IMG/VR virus record: IMGVR_UViG_3300022562_000051
Span: 44,581-108,580 of that record
Direction: 5' to 3' (one strand)
Length of the DNA stretch: 64,000 bases
Source: a virus
Taxonomy: Duplodnaviria; Heunggongvirae; Uroviricota; Caudoviricetes
This document shows, in pieces, positions 10,442 to 21,499 of the stretch. Both the position numbers and the translations under genes were made by a program. The first letter of the stretch is position 1, and each line of letters opens with the position of its first letter. A model generated the notes under the pieces. It was not told where the DNA came from. It did no database searches and saw only the letters and a program-made list of their open reading frames with translations.

Positions 10442-11142
10442 TCGTATCCATACCTAAAAGAATAATTGTACTTGATGTTCCGCGCACAGGAACTCATACT
10501 CGCTACGAGGTTTTTCGTCAGGCGGGAGTTTCGGCTGACGTTCGTAACATCAATCACTTCACGATGAATGATGTGACCAAGTTTGCTCAAGCTGGTGATG
10601 ACCATCCCATGTTTCGTGGAAAGGGAGTAAACGCTCAGAATTTGTCCACGTTCAAGGTCTTTGCGTTCTATCGTGATCCTTTTGACAGAGTGATTTCGTG
10701 CGTCAATCACCTTCGCCGTGGTCGCCTACACGCTCGCTTCTTTCATGCGTTTTGGGGTAATGACGTAAGGATCAAGTGTACCTCTCGTCTAGCCTATGAG
10801 GACTGGACGCCAGAAATGAAGCAGCTACACGATGAGATTCCGCTTATTGAGGTTTTCCGAAAATTCCGCTACTTCTTTGAGAGGGGCGTGTTCGCGAAGA
10901 CACACAAGCCGTGGCTGACTGATGGAGTAATACCACTTAATTACCATAACTTTAATACTGAAATGGCGACGTTATTGGCTGAGTTCGATGTGGATAGCAG
11001 TACAGTGACCATTCCACAGTTGAATGGCGTGACGCTTGATCCGCAACTCGACAGCCTATCGCCAAGCGAGGAGTCGGAGATTCGGGCATACTGTCAGGAA
11101 GACTATACTTTCCTCGCCAGCAAGGGCATAACTTTCTCCTAA
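10438..11142 (+). CDS. Sulfotransferase family 2-like protein (copy 1)
   Basis: LDVPRTGTHT (5'-PSB-like, cf. HIPKTGGTS); FAFYRDPFDRVIS (3'-PB-like, cf. FVRNPxxRxxS); C-terminal IPQLN...YCQEDY. Confidence 0.7.
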   Translation: MIVSIPKRIIVLDVPRTGTHTRYEVFRQAGVSADVRNINHFTMNDVTKFAQAGDDHPMFRGKGVNAQNLSTFKVFAFYRDPFDRVISCVNHLRRGRLHARFFHAFWGNDVRIKCTSRLAYEDWTPEMKQLHDEIPLIEVFRKFRYFFERGVFAKTHKPWLTDGVIPLNYHNFNTEMATLLAEFDVDSSTVTIPQLNGVTLDPQLDSLSPSEESEIRAYCQEDYTFLASKGITFS

Positions 11143-11145
11143 ATA
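11138..11145 (+). promoter_or_regulatory. gp55-dependent late promoter (CCTAAATA)
   Basis: TAAATA core lies 25 nt before the ATG at 11171, the same spacing as the other late promoters here. Confidence 0.6.
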
Positions 11146-11170
11146 ATCAATAAATCACCGGAAGACCGCC

Positions 11171-11506
11171 ATGGCACTATACGTAGAACTTACAATGGAT
11201 CAGGGAACCACGTTTTCAAGTAGCGTGGACTTGACCAACGATGACGCCACGCCGATTGACGTTACCGGTTATTCCTTTGTCTGCCAGATTCGTAAGTCTT
11301 ATTACTCTTCCAACGCAACAGCTAATCTGACTGTTACTGTGGCTGATGCTGCGAATGGCAACGTTACACTAGGACTGGATGCTGCTAATACAGCCAACAT
11401 TCGTGCTGGACGCTATTTGTATGATCTTAAGATGACCACGGATGATGATCGCACCATTCGCGTTCTTGAAGGCATCATTACCATTACGCCACAGGTCAGT
11501 CAATGA
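11171..11506 (+). CDS. Small virion structural protein, BppU-N-like Ig fold (fibre attachment)
   Basis: MDQGTTFS...PIDVTGY...QIRKSY...GRYLYDL...[14 protein letters not shown]. Confidence 0.7.
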   Translation: MALYVELTMDQGTTFSSSVDLTNDDATPIDVTGYSFVCQIRKSYYSSNATANLTVTVADAANGNVTLGLDAANTANIRAGRYLYDLKMTTDDDRTIRVLEGIITITPQVSQ

Positions 11507-14424
11507 AAGTAACTGTTACAGAACAGAATGCAGTTGGTAGAGTAGGGCTATCGGCTGGCGCACCGGGAGCGCAAGGCTTAACGGGACCGCAGGGTGCCGA
11601 TGGCATTCAGGGTTCCTCTGGCTATATTGGCGCGGATGGTGCGCAAGGTGCAACCGGTGCGCAGGGTGTTCAGGGACTTGATGGACTGTATGCCGCGCAG
11701 GGTATTCAGGGTGTTCAGGGAACAACTGGTACACAGGGTGCGACGGGTACACAGGGAACCGATGGCATACAAGGCACTACTGGCACACAAGGTGCAACAG
11801 GAACGCAAGGTACTACGGGTGCGCAAGGCGTACAGGGTTCGACTGGCTCGCAAGGTGTGCAGGGAACGACTGGTGTGCAAGGCGCAACCGGCGTTCAGGG
11901 TACACAGGGTATTCAGGGATTGCAGGGTGTTCTCGGACAACCCGGCGACCAATACGTAACGACCTCTTCAAATTCGATTACGATTGAAAACTATCCTGCT
12001 GCAAATCCTCTTAATATCACGATTGGAACTGGACTTGCTTACTCGGCTGGTCAGCTAATCATCGTTGCAAATGATGCGACACATTCTCTGGAAGGTACAA
12101 TCACATCGTATGACTCTGGTACTGGCGCAATCGTAATTGAAGTTACTACGATTACTGGTACTGGTACGTTTTCATCGTGGGACGTAAACCTTGGTGGTGT
12201 TCCCGGCGCGGACGGACCACAAGGTATTCAGGGTCTACAAGGAACTACTGGAACGCAAGGTGCGACTGGTACACAAGGCGTACAAGGCACTACCGGCACT
12301 CAGGGTGTTCAAGGCACCACAGGTACGCAGGGAACTACCGGTTCGCAAGGTGTACAGGGAACTACCGGAGCGCAAGGCGCACAGGGTACTACTGGTACAC
12401 AAGGCGCAACAGGCGCACAAGGCGTTCAAGGAACTACTGGCACTCAAGGTGTTCAGGGAACTACCGGAACACAAGGTGTTCAAGGAACTACAGGAACGCA
12501 GGGTGCAACTGGCGCACAAGGTGTTCAAGGCACTACTGGTTCGCAGGGTATTCAGGGAACGACTGGTACACAGGGCGCAACGGGTACACAAGGTGTTCAA
12601 GGAACTACAGGTGCGCAAGGTGTTCAAGGCACTACCGGAACTCAAGGTGCAACTGGCACTCAGGGCGTACAGGGATCAACTGGCGCACAAGGTATTCAGG
12701 GATTGCAAGGTGTTCTCGGTTCTCCCGGCGATATCTATGCAACCACATCTGTTACCTCAATTACAATTGAAAATTATCCAGCGGGTAATCCTCTCAATCT
12801 AACCGTTGGTACTGGACTCGCATATTCGGCTGGTCAGACTGTTGTTATCGCTAATGATGCGACACACTCTCTGGAAGGTCTGGTTATCTCCTATGTAACT
12901 GGCACAGGCGCAATGTCTGTTCAGGTTTCCAGCGTCACTGGTACTGGCACGTTCGCATCGTGGGATGTAAACCTCGGCGGTACTCCCGGTGCAGATGGTC
13001 CGCAGGGTATTCAGGGATTGCAGGGAACGACTGGTACACAAGGTGCAACTGGTACGCAGGGTATTCAGGGAACCACTGGCTCGCAAGGTATTCAGGGTGT
13101 TCAAGGCACCACTGGAACACAGGGTGCAACTGGATCGCAAGGCGTACAGGGTACTACCGGCACACAAGGTGCAACCGGTACGCAAGGTATTCAGGGAACG
13201 ACAGGCGCACAAGGTGTCCAAGGCACTACTGGTACGCAAGGCGCAACCGGTACACAAGGCGTACAAGGTGCAACTGGTACACAGGGTGCTACTGGCGCAC
13301 AGGGTGTGCAGGGAACGACTGGTACACAAGGCGCAACAGGCACACAGGGTGTACAGGGTGCAACAGGTGCGCAAGGTGTGCAGGGGACTACCGGCACTCA
13401 AGGCGCAACAGGCACACAAGGTATTCAGGGTACTACTGGAACACAAGGCGTACAAGGTACCACTGGCACACAGGGTGCAACAGGAACACAAGGTGTTCAA
13501 GGTGCAACCGGAACACAGGGTACAACTGGCGCACAAGGTGTACAGGGAACCACTGGTACTCAGGGTGCTACCGGTACGCAGGGTATTCAGGGTACAACAG
13601 GCGCACAAGGCGTACAAGGTACTACCGGCATTCAAGGTGCGACAGGAACGCAGGGTGTTCAAGGCGTACAAGGTACTACTGGCGCACAGGGTGTACAGGG
13701 TACCACAGGAATTCAGGGTGCAACTGGTGTGCAAGGCGTTCAAGGAACCACTGGCGCACAAGGCATTCAGGGTCTACAGGGAACAACTGGTGTACAGGGT
13801 CTACAGGGTACCACTGGTTCGCAGGGTATTCAAGGTGTTCAGGGTACCACTGGTTCGCAGGGTGTTCAGGGTACTACTGGCGTACAGGGTATTCAAGGTG
13901 TTCAGGGTACCACTGGTTCGCAGGGTATTCAAGGTGTTCAGGGTACCACTGGCGTACAGGGTGTTCAGGGAACTACTGGTGTACAGGGCGTACAGGGAAC
14001 TACTGGTTCGCAAGGTGTACAGGGTATTCAAGGTACTGCCGGTCCTCGCGTACTCAACTATATCATTGATGGTGGTGGAACTACCATCACTACAGGTGCT
14101 ACCGAAGCTGCACAATCCAAGGGATACATAATGGTAGCTAACTCGGCTGTCATTAGTGGCTGGCAAGCTTTTGGTAACACTTCTGGTTCGATCAACGTTG
14201 ATATCTACACTGCGAGCTACACCAACTTCCCAACCATGACTAAGATTAGTGGTGGTGCGCAGACTCCAAGACTGGCAACTGCGCAGAAGGGTTCTGGCGA
14301 CAATACTGGATGGAGTTCAGCCGTCATTGCTGCTGGTAACATCATTCAGTTCCGCGTCAACAGCAACCCAACAGTAACGGTGGATCGTGTCACGGTATCT
14401 CTGAATCTGATTATAACGAGTTAA
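11503..14424 (+). CDS. Collagen-like fibre 2 (three G-X-Q/T blocks, two YSAGQ spacer modules, C-terminal beta-sandwich head)
   Basis: About 660 aa of Gly-X-Y. The head [13 protein letters not shown]...GSINVDIY...FRVNS...RVTVSL is a recurring phage collagen C-terminal domain. Confidence 0.85.
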   Translation: MKVTVTEQNAVGRVGLSAGAPGAQGLTGPQGADGIQGSSGYIGADGAQGATGAQGVQGLDGLYAAQGIQGVQGTTGTQGATGTQGTDGIQGTTGTQGATGTQGTTGAQGVQGSTGSQGVQGTTGVQGATGVQGTQGIQGLQGVLGQPGDQYVTTSSNSITIENYPAANPLNITIGTGLAYSAGQLIIVANDATHSLEGTITSYDSGTGAIVIEVTTITGTGTFSSWDVNLGGVPGADGPQGIQGLQGTTGTQGATGTQGVQGTTGTQGVQGTTGTQGTTGSQGVQGTTGAQGAQGTTGTQGATGAQGVQGTTGTQGVQGTTGTQGVQGTTGTQGATGAQGVQGTTGSQGIQGTTGTQGATGTQGVQGTTGAQGVQGTTGTQGATGTQGVQGSTGAQGIQGLQGVLGSPGDIYATTSVTSITIENYPAGNPLNLTVGTGLAYSAGQTVVIANDATHSLEGLVISYVTGTGAMSVQVSSVTGTGTFASWDVNLGGTPGADGPQGIQGLQGTTGTQGATGTQGIQGTTGSQGIQGVQGTTGTQGATGSQGVQGTTGTQGATGTQGIQGTTGAQGVQGTTGTQGATGTQGVQGATGTQGATGAQGVQGTTGTQGATGTQGVQGATGAQGVQGTTGTQGATGTQGIQGTTGTQGVQGTTGTQGATGTQGVQGATGTQGTTGAQGVQGTTGTQGATGTQGIQGTTGAQGVQGTTGIQGATGTQGVQGVQGTTGAQGVQGTTGIQGATGVQGVQGTTGAQGIQGLQGTTGVQGLQGTTGSQGIQGVQGTTGSQGVQGTTGVQGIQGVQGTTGSQGIQGVQGTTGVQGVQGTTGVQGVQGTTGSQGVQGIQGTAGPRVLNYIIDGGGTTITTGATEAAQSKGYIMVANSAVISGWQAFGNTSGSINVDIYTASYTNFPTMTKISGGAQTPRLATAQKGSGDNTGWSSAVIAAGNIIQFRVNSNPTVTVDRVTVSLNLIITS

Positions 14425-14426
14425 TT

Positions 14427-14723
14427 ATGTCTGGAAGGAAATACGATATGCTACCAATCAAGGCATGGCGTATCTATTACGCCGATGGCTCTACATTTGA
14501 TTCTACTCAAGGAACATGGGCAGACGCACCACCGTTTGGTGTTCAGTGCATCGTGTGGTATCATACTCCACCATTTAAGACTGTTCACACGGAAGCATTC
14601 GATGATTCTGTTTATGTGTGGCAGGGTGAAGGTGAGAAAGAAGGAATCAAGATGGGACTCTGGATGGATGATGAGGGATACTATCGCATTCTTGATATCG
14701 CTAGAAAGAGCAGTGAACCGTAA
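14427..14723 (+). CDS. Hypothetical protein (98 aa)
   Basis: Packed in the fibre-2 operon; its stop overlaps the next ATG. Confidence 0.6.
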   Translation: MSGRKYDMLPIKAWRIYYADGSTFDSTQGTWADAPPFGVQCIVWYHTPPFKTVHTEAFDDSVYVWQGEGEKEGIKMGLWMDDEGYYRILDIARKSSEP

Positions 14724-15247
14724 TGGCACAGACTTATTATCAAAGAGATACCGCATCTGATCTTAGTGTCGCTGGTGCTAATGCCAATAACCAGTTGTTG
14801 ACTTCAACAACGACACCAAACACGCTTGCTATTGGTATGGGTAAAGGTGGAACGTCCTTTATCTATTTTTGGACGGAACCGGCAGTTCCCGGTGCTGCGG
14901 GGTCTACTGGAAATTATACTGTTACGTGTAATGTCACAGTTGGTGCAACATCAGCAAATATCTCTGCTCAACTTTTTCGCGTATCTTCTTCTGGTACTGT
15001 ACAATCCACCGGAACACTTTCTGCTGAACAAGCACTAACCGCAGGAATCAAGACATTTAACTTTACTGCTTTAAGTCTAGGAACTTGGACTGCTGGTGAT
15101 AGATTAAGAGCGTTAATCAACTTTATTAACCTCTCGGCTCACCAGACCGACTCCTGTACAATTGGTTTGAATAGTGCCGATGAATACGTATTAACTCCAT
15201 GGACAATTGCGGGTCCAAAACCCTTCGCTCAAGCAGTTTTAATTTAA
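14723..15247 (+). CDS. Hypothetical beta-rich structural protein (174 aa)
   Basis: Thr/Ser/Gly/Ala-rich, with a TAATG overlap with the upstream gene. Confidence 0.6.
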   Translation: MAQTYYQRDTASDLSVAGANANNQLLTSTTTPNTLAIGMGKGGTSFIYFWTEPAVPGAAGSTGNYTVTCNVTVGATSANISAQLFRVSSSGTVQSTGTLSAEQALTAGIKTFNFTALSLGTWTAGDRLRALINFINLSAHQTDSCTIGLNSADEYVLTPWTIAGPKPFAQAVLI

Positions 15248-15251
15248 CTGC

Positions 15252-15259
15252 CATAAATA
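15252..15259 (+). promoter_or_regulatory. Late promoter (CATAAATA)
   Basis: Intergenic, 26 nt before the ATG at 15286. Confidence 0.65.
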
Positions 15260-15285
15260 GACGGATGAACGTCTAAGAGAACAAA

Positions 15286-18200
15286 ATGGCAGATTTCCCC
15301 ATCAATCCTAATCCCGGCGACACCTTCGTAGCTCCTGACGGCACAGTTTGGGAGTGGGATGGTTATTCGTGGAAAACCGAAGGATCATTCGGAAGTGGTG
15401 GTATATCTGAAATTCTTGTCTCTGCTAACTCTGAATCCACCATTAATGCCAATGGCGTAAACTTTGTCAATACAGCCGACATTACCGTGGCTGTCACCGC
15501 AGGAGAAGGTGGAAATGCGAACGTAGAACTATACGTAGCGGGTACCATTGCAGGACCGCAGGGTATTCAGGGTATACAAGGTATTCAGGGTGATTTTGGT
15601 GTTCAGGGTACTCAGGGTATTGCTAATCAGGGTATTCAGGGAACCACAGGAACTCAAGGCGCAACCGGCACACAAGGTCTGCAAGGTGCGCTCGGTCCAC
15701 AGGGTATTCAGGGTATCACAGGATCGCAAGGTGCAACTGGCACACAAGGCGCAACGGGTGTTCAGGGTATTCAGGGTATTCAAGGTCGGCAAGGTACTAC
15801 TGGTACTCAGGGTGCAACAGGCACTCAGGGTGCAACTGGCGCACAAGGAACACAGGGATTACAGGGAACTACCGGTACTCAAGGCGCAACGGGAACGCAG
15901 GGTGCTACGGGCGCACAAGGTACGCAAGGTATTCAGGGTCGGCAGGGAACCACTGGCTCGCAGGGTGCAACTGGTACGCAAGGTATTCAAGGCACACAGG
16001 GACTACAAGGCACTACTGGATCGCAGGGTGCAACAGGTTCACAGGGTACCACTGGCGCACAAGGTATTCAAGGTACCACAGGCGTTCAAGGTATAACTGG
16101 TACCACTGGCGCACAAGGCGTTCAGGGTACAACTGGCTTTCAGGGTATTCAGGGATTACAGGGAACTACCGGTACTCAAGGTGCAACTGGAACACAAGGT
16201 TCTACGGGCGCACAAGGCATTCAAGGACTACAAGGCACTACTGGTACTCAGGGTGCAACAGGCACTCAGGGTGCAACTGGCGCACAAGGCGTACAGGGAA
16301 CGACAGGCGCACAAGGCGTACAGGGAACGACTGGTACACAAGGTGCGACGGGTACACAAGGTACGCAAGGTGCAACAGGCGCACAGGGAACAACTGGTTC
16401 GCAGGGTGTGCAAGGAACAACGGGTACACAGGGACTACAAGGCACCACTGGTACTCAAGGCGTACAGGGTATTCAGGGTCGGCAAGGAACAACCGGTACA
16501 CAGGGTGCAACTGGATCGCAAGGCGTACAGGGAACCACTGGTACGCAGGGTGTGCAAGGACTACAAGGTACTACCGGTACGCAAGGTGCAACTGGCACTC
16601 AAGGCACAACAGGCACTCAAGGTGTTCAGGGATTACAAGGAACTCAAGGACTACAAGGCTTTGCTGGTGATCGTTACGCAACTACTTCTGCGACCTCTCT
16701 TACGATTGGTACTGGCACAAAGAGCCTGACTGTTGCAAGTGGTCTTTCATATTCTGCTGGTCAGTCTGTTGTTATTGCTAATAGTGCCTCTGCCTTTATG
16801 GAAGGTACGGTTTCGTCCTATGATAGTGGTACTGGTGCGATGCAAGCAGAAATTGCTTCTACCACCGGTTCTGGTACGTTTAATGTTTGGGATGTAAACC
16901 TCGGTGGTGCTGCGGGTGCCGATGGTGCGCAAGGTATTCAGGGTATTCAGGGACTACAAGGCACCACTGGTACACAAGGTGCAACAGGCACACAAGGTAT
17001 TCAGGGTACGACGGGTAGCCAAGGTGTACAGGGTATTCAAGGTCGGCAGGGAACGACGGGTAGCCAAGGTACAACAGGTGCGCAAGGCGTACAGGGAACG
17101 ACAGGTACTCAGGGTGCGACAGGAACGCAAGGTGTTCAAGGCACCACTGGTACACAAGGTGCAACCGGAACTCAAGGCGTACAGGGAACGACAGGTACTC
17201 AGGGTGCGACTGGCACTCAGGGTGTACAGGGAACGACGGGTACTCAGGGTGCGACAGGCGCACAAGGCACACAAGGCATTCAAGGTCGGCAGGGAACAAC
17301 AGGCACTCAGGGTGCTACCGGTACGCAAGGTGTTCAGGGTATTCAGGGCGCTATTCTCTCCACCTCTCCCGGTGCGGATGAGCAAGTATCTTACAACGAC
17401 GGTGGCGTATTTGGTGCGTCGGCTAATCTCAAGTTCTCAACAGCCAATGGCAATGTTCTCATCGTTGGTGCTAATACAATTCGTATTAATGCCGAGAGTA
17501 ATACCGTCGAAGCCAACATTATCACTGCTAATGTAATCAACACCACCAATCTCTATATCGGCGGTGCGAACGTAGCAAATACTTTCGTAGCTAAGAAGAG
17601 TCGCCTCGGTTTCCCATATCATCCAGATACAGGATATCAGGTCACGCTTGGATATAACGATGCTGCTCGACAGGTATCCATTTATCCGGTTGCCGACGAT
17701 TTCGAAATTTACACGTTCAATAATGGACGCATGATTTTCACTGGTACACAAGCTGTTAGTCATGCTGACGTAAGCGACGAATACTTTGTTTACTTCGATG
17801 CAGATGGTGTTTTGACATGCGTAGCTTCTCCGTGGGATTTGTTGAAGCACTGTCCTGTTGCTACGATTTCGTATAATGCGGATACTAAGGAATCTGCTGC
17901 AACCCTGATGGAGTTGCACACGGCTGATCGTGATCCAGAGTTGCACTATCGTCTGCACTTTGGCGACGGAACGAAGGTCGCATCGAAGCCGGGATTGCCA
18001 ACGTATGCAGGTTATACTCTTAATGTGTCTAACACCGATGCGGTGACGTTCTCCGCGACTTCGATTCGTATCATGGACGAAGACATTCAGTTGGATACTG
18101 GTGTTCTTTCGGATGGTGGTACTTATCGTGTCATGTGGCGCAGTAATACGTCAGGTGGTCCGACTATTCAGACCTCTACGTTTGCTGTTGACTCCAAGGG

Positions 18201-20751
18201 TGTTCCATTCCTGACTGATGGTACTACGATTTGCTACAACCAGTATACGGGTGCAACGTGGCAGAAGACCGCACTTAGCACTGGTGGTCAAGGTCAGTGG
18301 GTCAACATGTATCTGTGTGCAACGACAGAAATTCAACAGTCTCGTCGTTACTTCCTCATGGCTGGTCAGAATGTTCACAATTCTCTGGCATCGGCAGTAT
18401 CCGAATCACCAAGTACAATTAGTTGGGGTGACGTAACACCAGAAGAGTTGGTCATTGTTGGTAAGTTCACATACAACGGACGATCTAGCGCAAACTCTCA
18501 GTGTCACTACGCGGAACTTCAATATGTCGAAGTCATTGACACGTACACTCGCGCTTCTATACAAACGGGCGGCGGCGGCTCGACTCAGCCGGGGGGTTCG
18601 AATACTCACATTCAGTATAATGACGATACAACATTCGGTGGTTCCGCTAATCTGACTTTTGACAAGGGTGCGGGAACTCTGGCTGTTGGTGGTGCTAAGG
18701 CAACACTGATCGCGAACTCGACAGCGAATACAGTCAATGTCGCCAATCTGTTTATCGGTACAACCAACGTCAAGTTCGAACTCGCGAATGTTGCAAATAC
18801 CGTGCGCGTGTCTGCAAACGGTGGTTCGACACTATCTGCGCGTCAACTGAATTTCGTCAACACTCAGAACGTATCTGTTGTTGTCACGGATGGAGCAGGC
18901 GCAGCCGCAGGCAATGCCAACGTTGCTTTCAGTGTAGCTACGGTTCAGGGTGCTACGGGTGCGCAAGGCATACAGGGATTGCAGGGAACCACAGGCACAC
19001 AGGGTGCAACTGGCACTCAGGGCGCAACCGGCGCACAAGGTGTTCAGGGTATTCAGGGACGGCAGGGAACCACAGGTACTCAAGGCGCAACGGGTACTCA
19101 AGGTGTGCAAGGAACAACTGGAACACAGGGTGCTACCGGTACTCAAGGTGTGCAAGGAACAACTGGAACACAGGGTGCAACCGGATCACAAGGCGTACAG
19201 GGTACTACCGGATCGCAGGGTGCTACGGGTGCGCAAGGCGTCCAAGGCACTACTGGCTCGCAAGGTGCAACTGGATCACAAGGTATTCAGGGAACTACTG
19301 GTACGCAAGGTGCGACAGGAACTCAAGGTGCAACTGGCACTCAGGGTGCAACGGGCGCACAAGGTGCAACTGGCACTCAGGGTGCAACAGGCGCACAAGG
19401 TGTTCAGGGCATTCAGGGTCGGCAGGGAACCACTGGTTCGCAGGGTGCAACCGGTACACAAGGTGCAACCGGTACACAAGGTGCGACAGGAACTCAAGGT
19501 GCAACCGGCACTCAGGGTGCTACGGGTGCGCAGGGCATTCAGGGTATTCAAGGTCGCCAAGGTACTACCGGCTCGCAAGGCGCAACGGGTACGCAAGGCA
19601 CCACTGGCGCACAAGGTGCAACAGGATCACAAGGCGCGACGGGTACACAAGGTGCAACAGGCGCACAAGGTATTCAGGGTATTCAAGGTCGCCAAGGAAC
19701 AACTGGCTCACAAGGTGCAACGGGTACACAGGGTACACAGGGTATTCAGGGAACGAGCGGTCCATCAACCACGATTACTGCAACAGAAGAATCGGCTGAC
19801 ACTACAACATATCCTGTTCTAGTCGGTGCAGTTGGTTCTGCTCAGACAGCTAGAGCAAATTCAGCTAACCTGACATTCAATGCTGCAACTGGTCAGATGA
19901 AGGTAGGTGCGATATACTTTGGAGCAGAACTTGGTGACAAGATATCCCTGTATGACAATCGTCTAAATCAAGCCAGTGGTTATAATTTCGGTGTTGAGGG
20001 TAGCTATACCTATTTCAAGGGTAATGGTGGACACCGCTTTTATATTGCGACAAATGCTGATAGTGGCGCTAGCGACTATATGGAGTTGAATACAACAACT
20101 CTAACTATCAGTCCAAACGTATATGTAACTGGTAATGTCATTACGACAGGAAACCTGTCCGTATCTAATGCTACAAGCGTCAATGTAAGAATTGGTGGAT
20201 GGAGTAGTGGTCACACAAATTGGGTGATTATCGGTAAAGGATTTGATGTTTCTAGCGGCATTCTATTCAGCCGTGGTGGAAATATTGATGCTGCGATTCA
20301 TGTAGATGGTAGTGAGAATCTAAATCTTGAAATGGGGTATGGCATTGATCCTTTAGGAAACGTTCGCTTTAGGGCAAACGGAACCACTGTTGCACAAATC
20401 ACTAATGAGGGAGCGTTTACTGCCGTAAGCAAGTCCTTCTTGATTGACCATCCAACCAAGCCGGGAATGAAGCTGCAATATGGTTCGTTGGAAGGACCGG
20501 AGAATGGTGTCTATGTTCGCGGACGTTCTTCTACTGGAATCATCACGCTTCCCGATTACTGGTGGGCGCTGGTGGATGAGGGTACGATCACTGTAAACCT
20601 AACACCAATTGCATTCTATCAGAAGTTGTTTGTCTCCATGATAAGCAATCATACGATCTATGTCATCAACGAAGATGGCGGTGGGTATGATTATTTCTTC
20701 ACCGTTTATGCGGAACGTAAGGATGTGCCGAAGCTGACCGTGGAGAGTTGA
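15286..20751 (+). CDS. Collagen-like fibre 3 (1821 aa; three collagen blocks, internal globular domain, cyanophage-type C-terminal domain)
   Basis: N-terminal [12 protein letters not shown]...WEWDGYSWK anchor; about 790 aa of Gly-X-Y; C-terminal [31 protein letters not shown]...[10 protein letters not shown]. Confidence 0.85.
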   Translation: MADFPINPNPGDTFVAPDGTVWEWDGYSWKTEGSFGSGGISEILVSANSESTINANGVNFVNTADITVAVTAGEGGNANVELYVAGTIAGPQGIQGIQGIQGDFGVQGTQGIANQGIQGTTGTQGATGTQGLQGALGPQGIQGITGSQGATGTQGATGVQGIQGIQGRQGTTGTQGATGTQGATGAQGTQGLQGTTGTQGATGTQGATGAQGTQGIQGRQGTTGSQGATGTQGIQGTQGLQGTTGSQGATGSQGTTGAQGIQGTTGVQGITGTTGAQGVQGTTGFQGIQGLQGTTGTQGATGTQGSTGAQGIQGLQGTTGTQGATGTQGATGAQGVQGTTGAQGVQGTTGTQGATGTQGTQGATGAQGTTGSQGVQGTTGTQGLQGTTGTQGVQGIQGRQGTTGTQGATGSQGVQGTTGTQGVQGLQGTTGTQGATGTQGTTGTQGVQGLQGTQGLQGFAGDRYATTSATSLTIGTGTKSLTVASGLSYSAGQSVVIANSASAFMEGTVSSYDSGTGAMQAEIASTTGSGTFNVWDVNLGGAAGADGAQGIQGIQGLQGTTGTQGATGTQGIQGTTGSQGVQGIQGRQGTTGSQGTTGAQGVQGTTGTQGATGTQGVQGTTGTQGATGTQGVQGTTGTQGATGTQGVQGTTGTQGATGAQGTQGIQGRQGTTGTQGATGTQGVQGIQGAILSTSPGADEQVSYNDGGVFGASANLKFSTANGNVLIVGANTIRINAESNTVEANIITANVINTTNLYIGGANVANTFVAKKSRLGFPYHPDTGYQVTLGYNDAARQVSIYPVADDFEIYTFNNGRMIFTGTQAVSHADVSDEYFVYFDADGVLTCVASPWDLLKHCPVATISYNADTKESAATLMELHTADRDPELHYRLHFGDGTKVASKPGLPTYAGYTLNVSNTDAVTFSATSIRIMDEDIQLDTGVLSDGGTYRVMWRSNTSGGPTIQTSTFAVDSKGVPFLTDGTTICYNQYTGATWQKTALSTGGQGQWVNMYLCATTEIQQSRRYFLMAGQNVHNSLASAVSESPSTISWGDVTPEELVIVGKFTYNGRSSANSQCHYAELQYVEVIDTYTRASIQTGGGGSTQPGGSNTHIQYNDDTTFGGSANLTFDKGAGTLAVGGAKATLIANSTANTVNVANLFIGTTNVKFELANVANTVRVSANGGSTLSARQLNFVNTQNVSVVVTDGAGAAAGNANVAFSVATVQGATGAQGIQGLQGTTGTQGATGTQGATGAQGVQGIQGRQGTTGTQGATGTQGVQGTTGTQGATGTQGVQGTTGTQGATGSQGVQGTTGSQGATGAQGVQGTTGSQGATGSQGIQGTTGTQGATGTQGATGTQGATGAQGATGTQGATGAQGVQGIQGRQGTTGSQGATGTQGATGTQGATGTQGATGTQGATGAQGIQGIQGRQGTTGSQGATGTQGTTGAQGATGSQGATGTQGATGAQGIQGIQGRQGTTGSQGATGTQGTQGIQGTSGPSTTITATEESADTTTYPVLVGAVGSAQTARANSANLTFNAATGQMKVGAIYFGAELGDKISLYDNRLNQASGYNFGVEGSYTYFKGNGGHRFYIATNADSGASDYMELNTTTLTISPNVYVTGNVITTGNLSVSNATSVNVRIGGWSSGHTNWVIIGKGFDVSSGILFSRGGNIDAAIHVDGSENLNLEMGYGIDPLGNVRFRANGTTVAQITNEGAFTAVSKSFLIDHPTKPGMKLQYGSLEGPENGVYVRGRSSTGIITLPDYWWALVDEGTITVNLTPIAFYQKLFVSMISNHTIYVINEDGGGYDYFFTVYAERKDVPKLTVES

Positions 20752-20752
20752 C

Positions 20753-21499
20753 ATGGCTGTAGCATATAACAGTGATGTAGTCAAAGAGGGATTGATCTTC
20801 TGCATAGACGCGGGAAACCCTAAGTGTTATCCCGGTAGCGGTAGCACGGTTTACAATATCGCGCCGAAGCACAATCGTCCGTCTGCTAATGGCGATTCAG
20901 CTACGATGCCTTCCGGCATGACGTATTCTGCCGGTCCACCCGCATCGTTTGCTTTCGATGGAACATCGAACTGCTATCAGACATGGGGCGTTGGTGCGGA
21001 TTGGTTTAACAACGATCCTAATGGTGGTAAGTATGAACTTACGCTTGAGGCGTGGGCGAAGTCTCCCGGCATGGGTACTAGCCAGACGCTCGGCGGAATT
21101 TTCGGATGGACGTATGGAGTTCGTCTATACTTTTCAACCGGTGGAAATATTACGGGTGGACATGATGTAGGTAGCACCATCACATCAATGGCTAGTGGGT
21201 TTTCTGGTCAGGATAATGTTTGGCATCATATTGTATATACTTTCGGAACTGCCGGTGCAAAGATTTATGTAGATGGAGTCTTCAAGAATTTGTCTACGAG
21301 TATGCGCTGGTTGGGAGTAACTCGTTGGTCAACCAATACGTGTAGTCTTGGAAGGGATAACAACAATAGCATTTATAACCTGTATGGTAATATTGCGATT
21401 GCTCGTATCTACAACAGATACTTTACTGGTGGAAATGAGGGAACCGGAAGCGACATACTCAGGAATTTTAATGCAGATCGTAAGAGGTTTGGTGTCTAA
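20753..21499 (+). CDS. LamG/concanavalin A-like lectin domain protein 1
   Basis: GLIFCIDAGNPKCYPGSG; WHHIVYTF...KIYVDG; GNIAIARIYNR; NFNADRKRFGV. Confidence 0.8.
   Translation: MAVAYNSDVVKEGLIFCIDAGNPKCYPGSGSTVYNIAPKHNRPSANGDSATMPSGMTYSAGPPASFAFDGTSNCYQTWGVGADWFNNDPNGGKYELTLEAWAKSPGMGTSQTLGGIFGWTYGVRLYFSTGGNITGGHDVGSTITSMASGFSGQDNVWHHIVYTFGTAGAKIYVDGVFKNLSTSMRWLGVTRWSTNTCSLGRDNNNSIYNLYGNIAIARIYNRYFTGGNEGTGSDILRNFNADRKRFGV

Noticed and set aside
11557-19764. Tandem DNA repeats as a CRISPR array or DGR template
   Set aside because: The repeats are in-frame codons with synonymous variation and no unique spacers. No reverse transcriptase or adenine-specific TR/VR pair was seen.
7644-19822. Many long alternative-frame and antisense ORFs over the collagen regions (e.g. 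7644-8420, 12191-12802, 12960-14069, 12989-14131, 18950-19822)
   Set aside because: By-products of the 9-nt Gly-X-Gln/Thr periodicity, which lacks stops in other frames. They are low-complexity and have no RBS.
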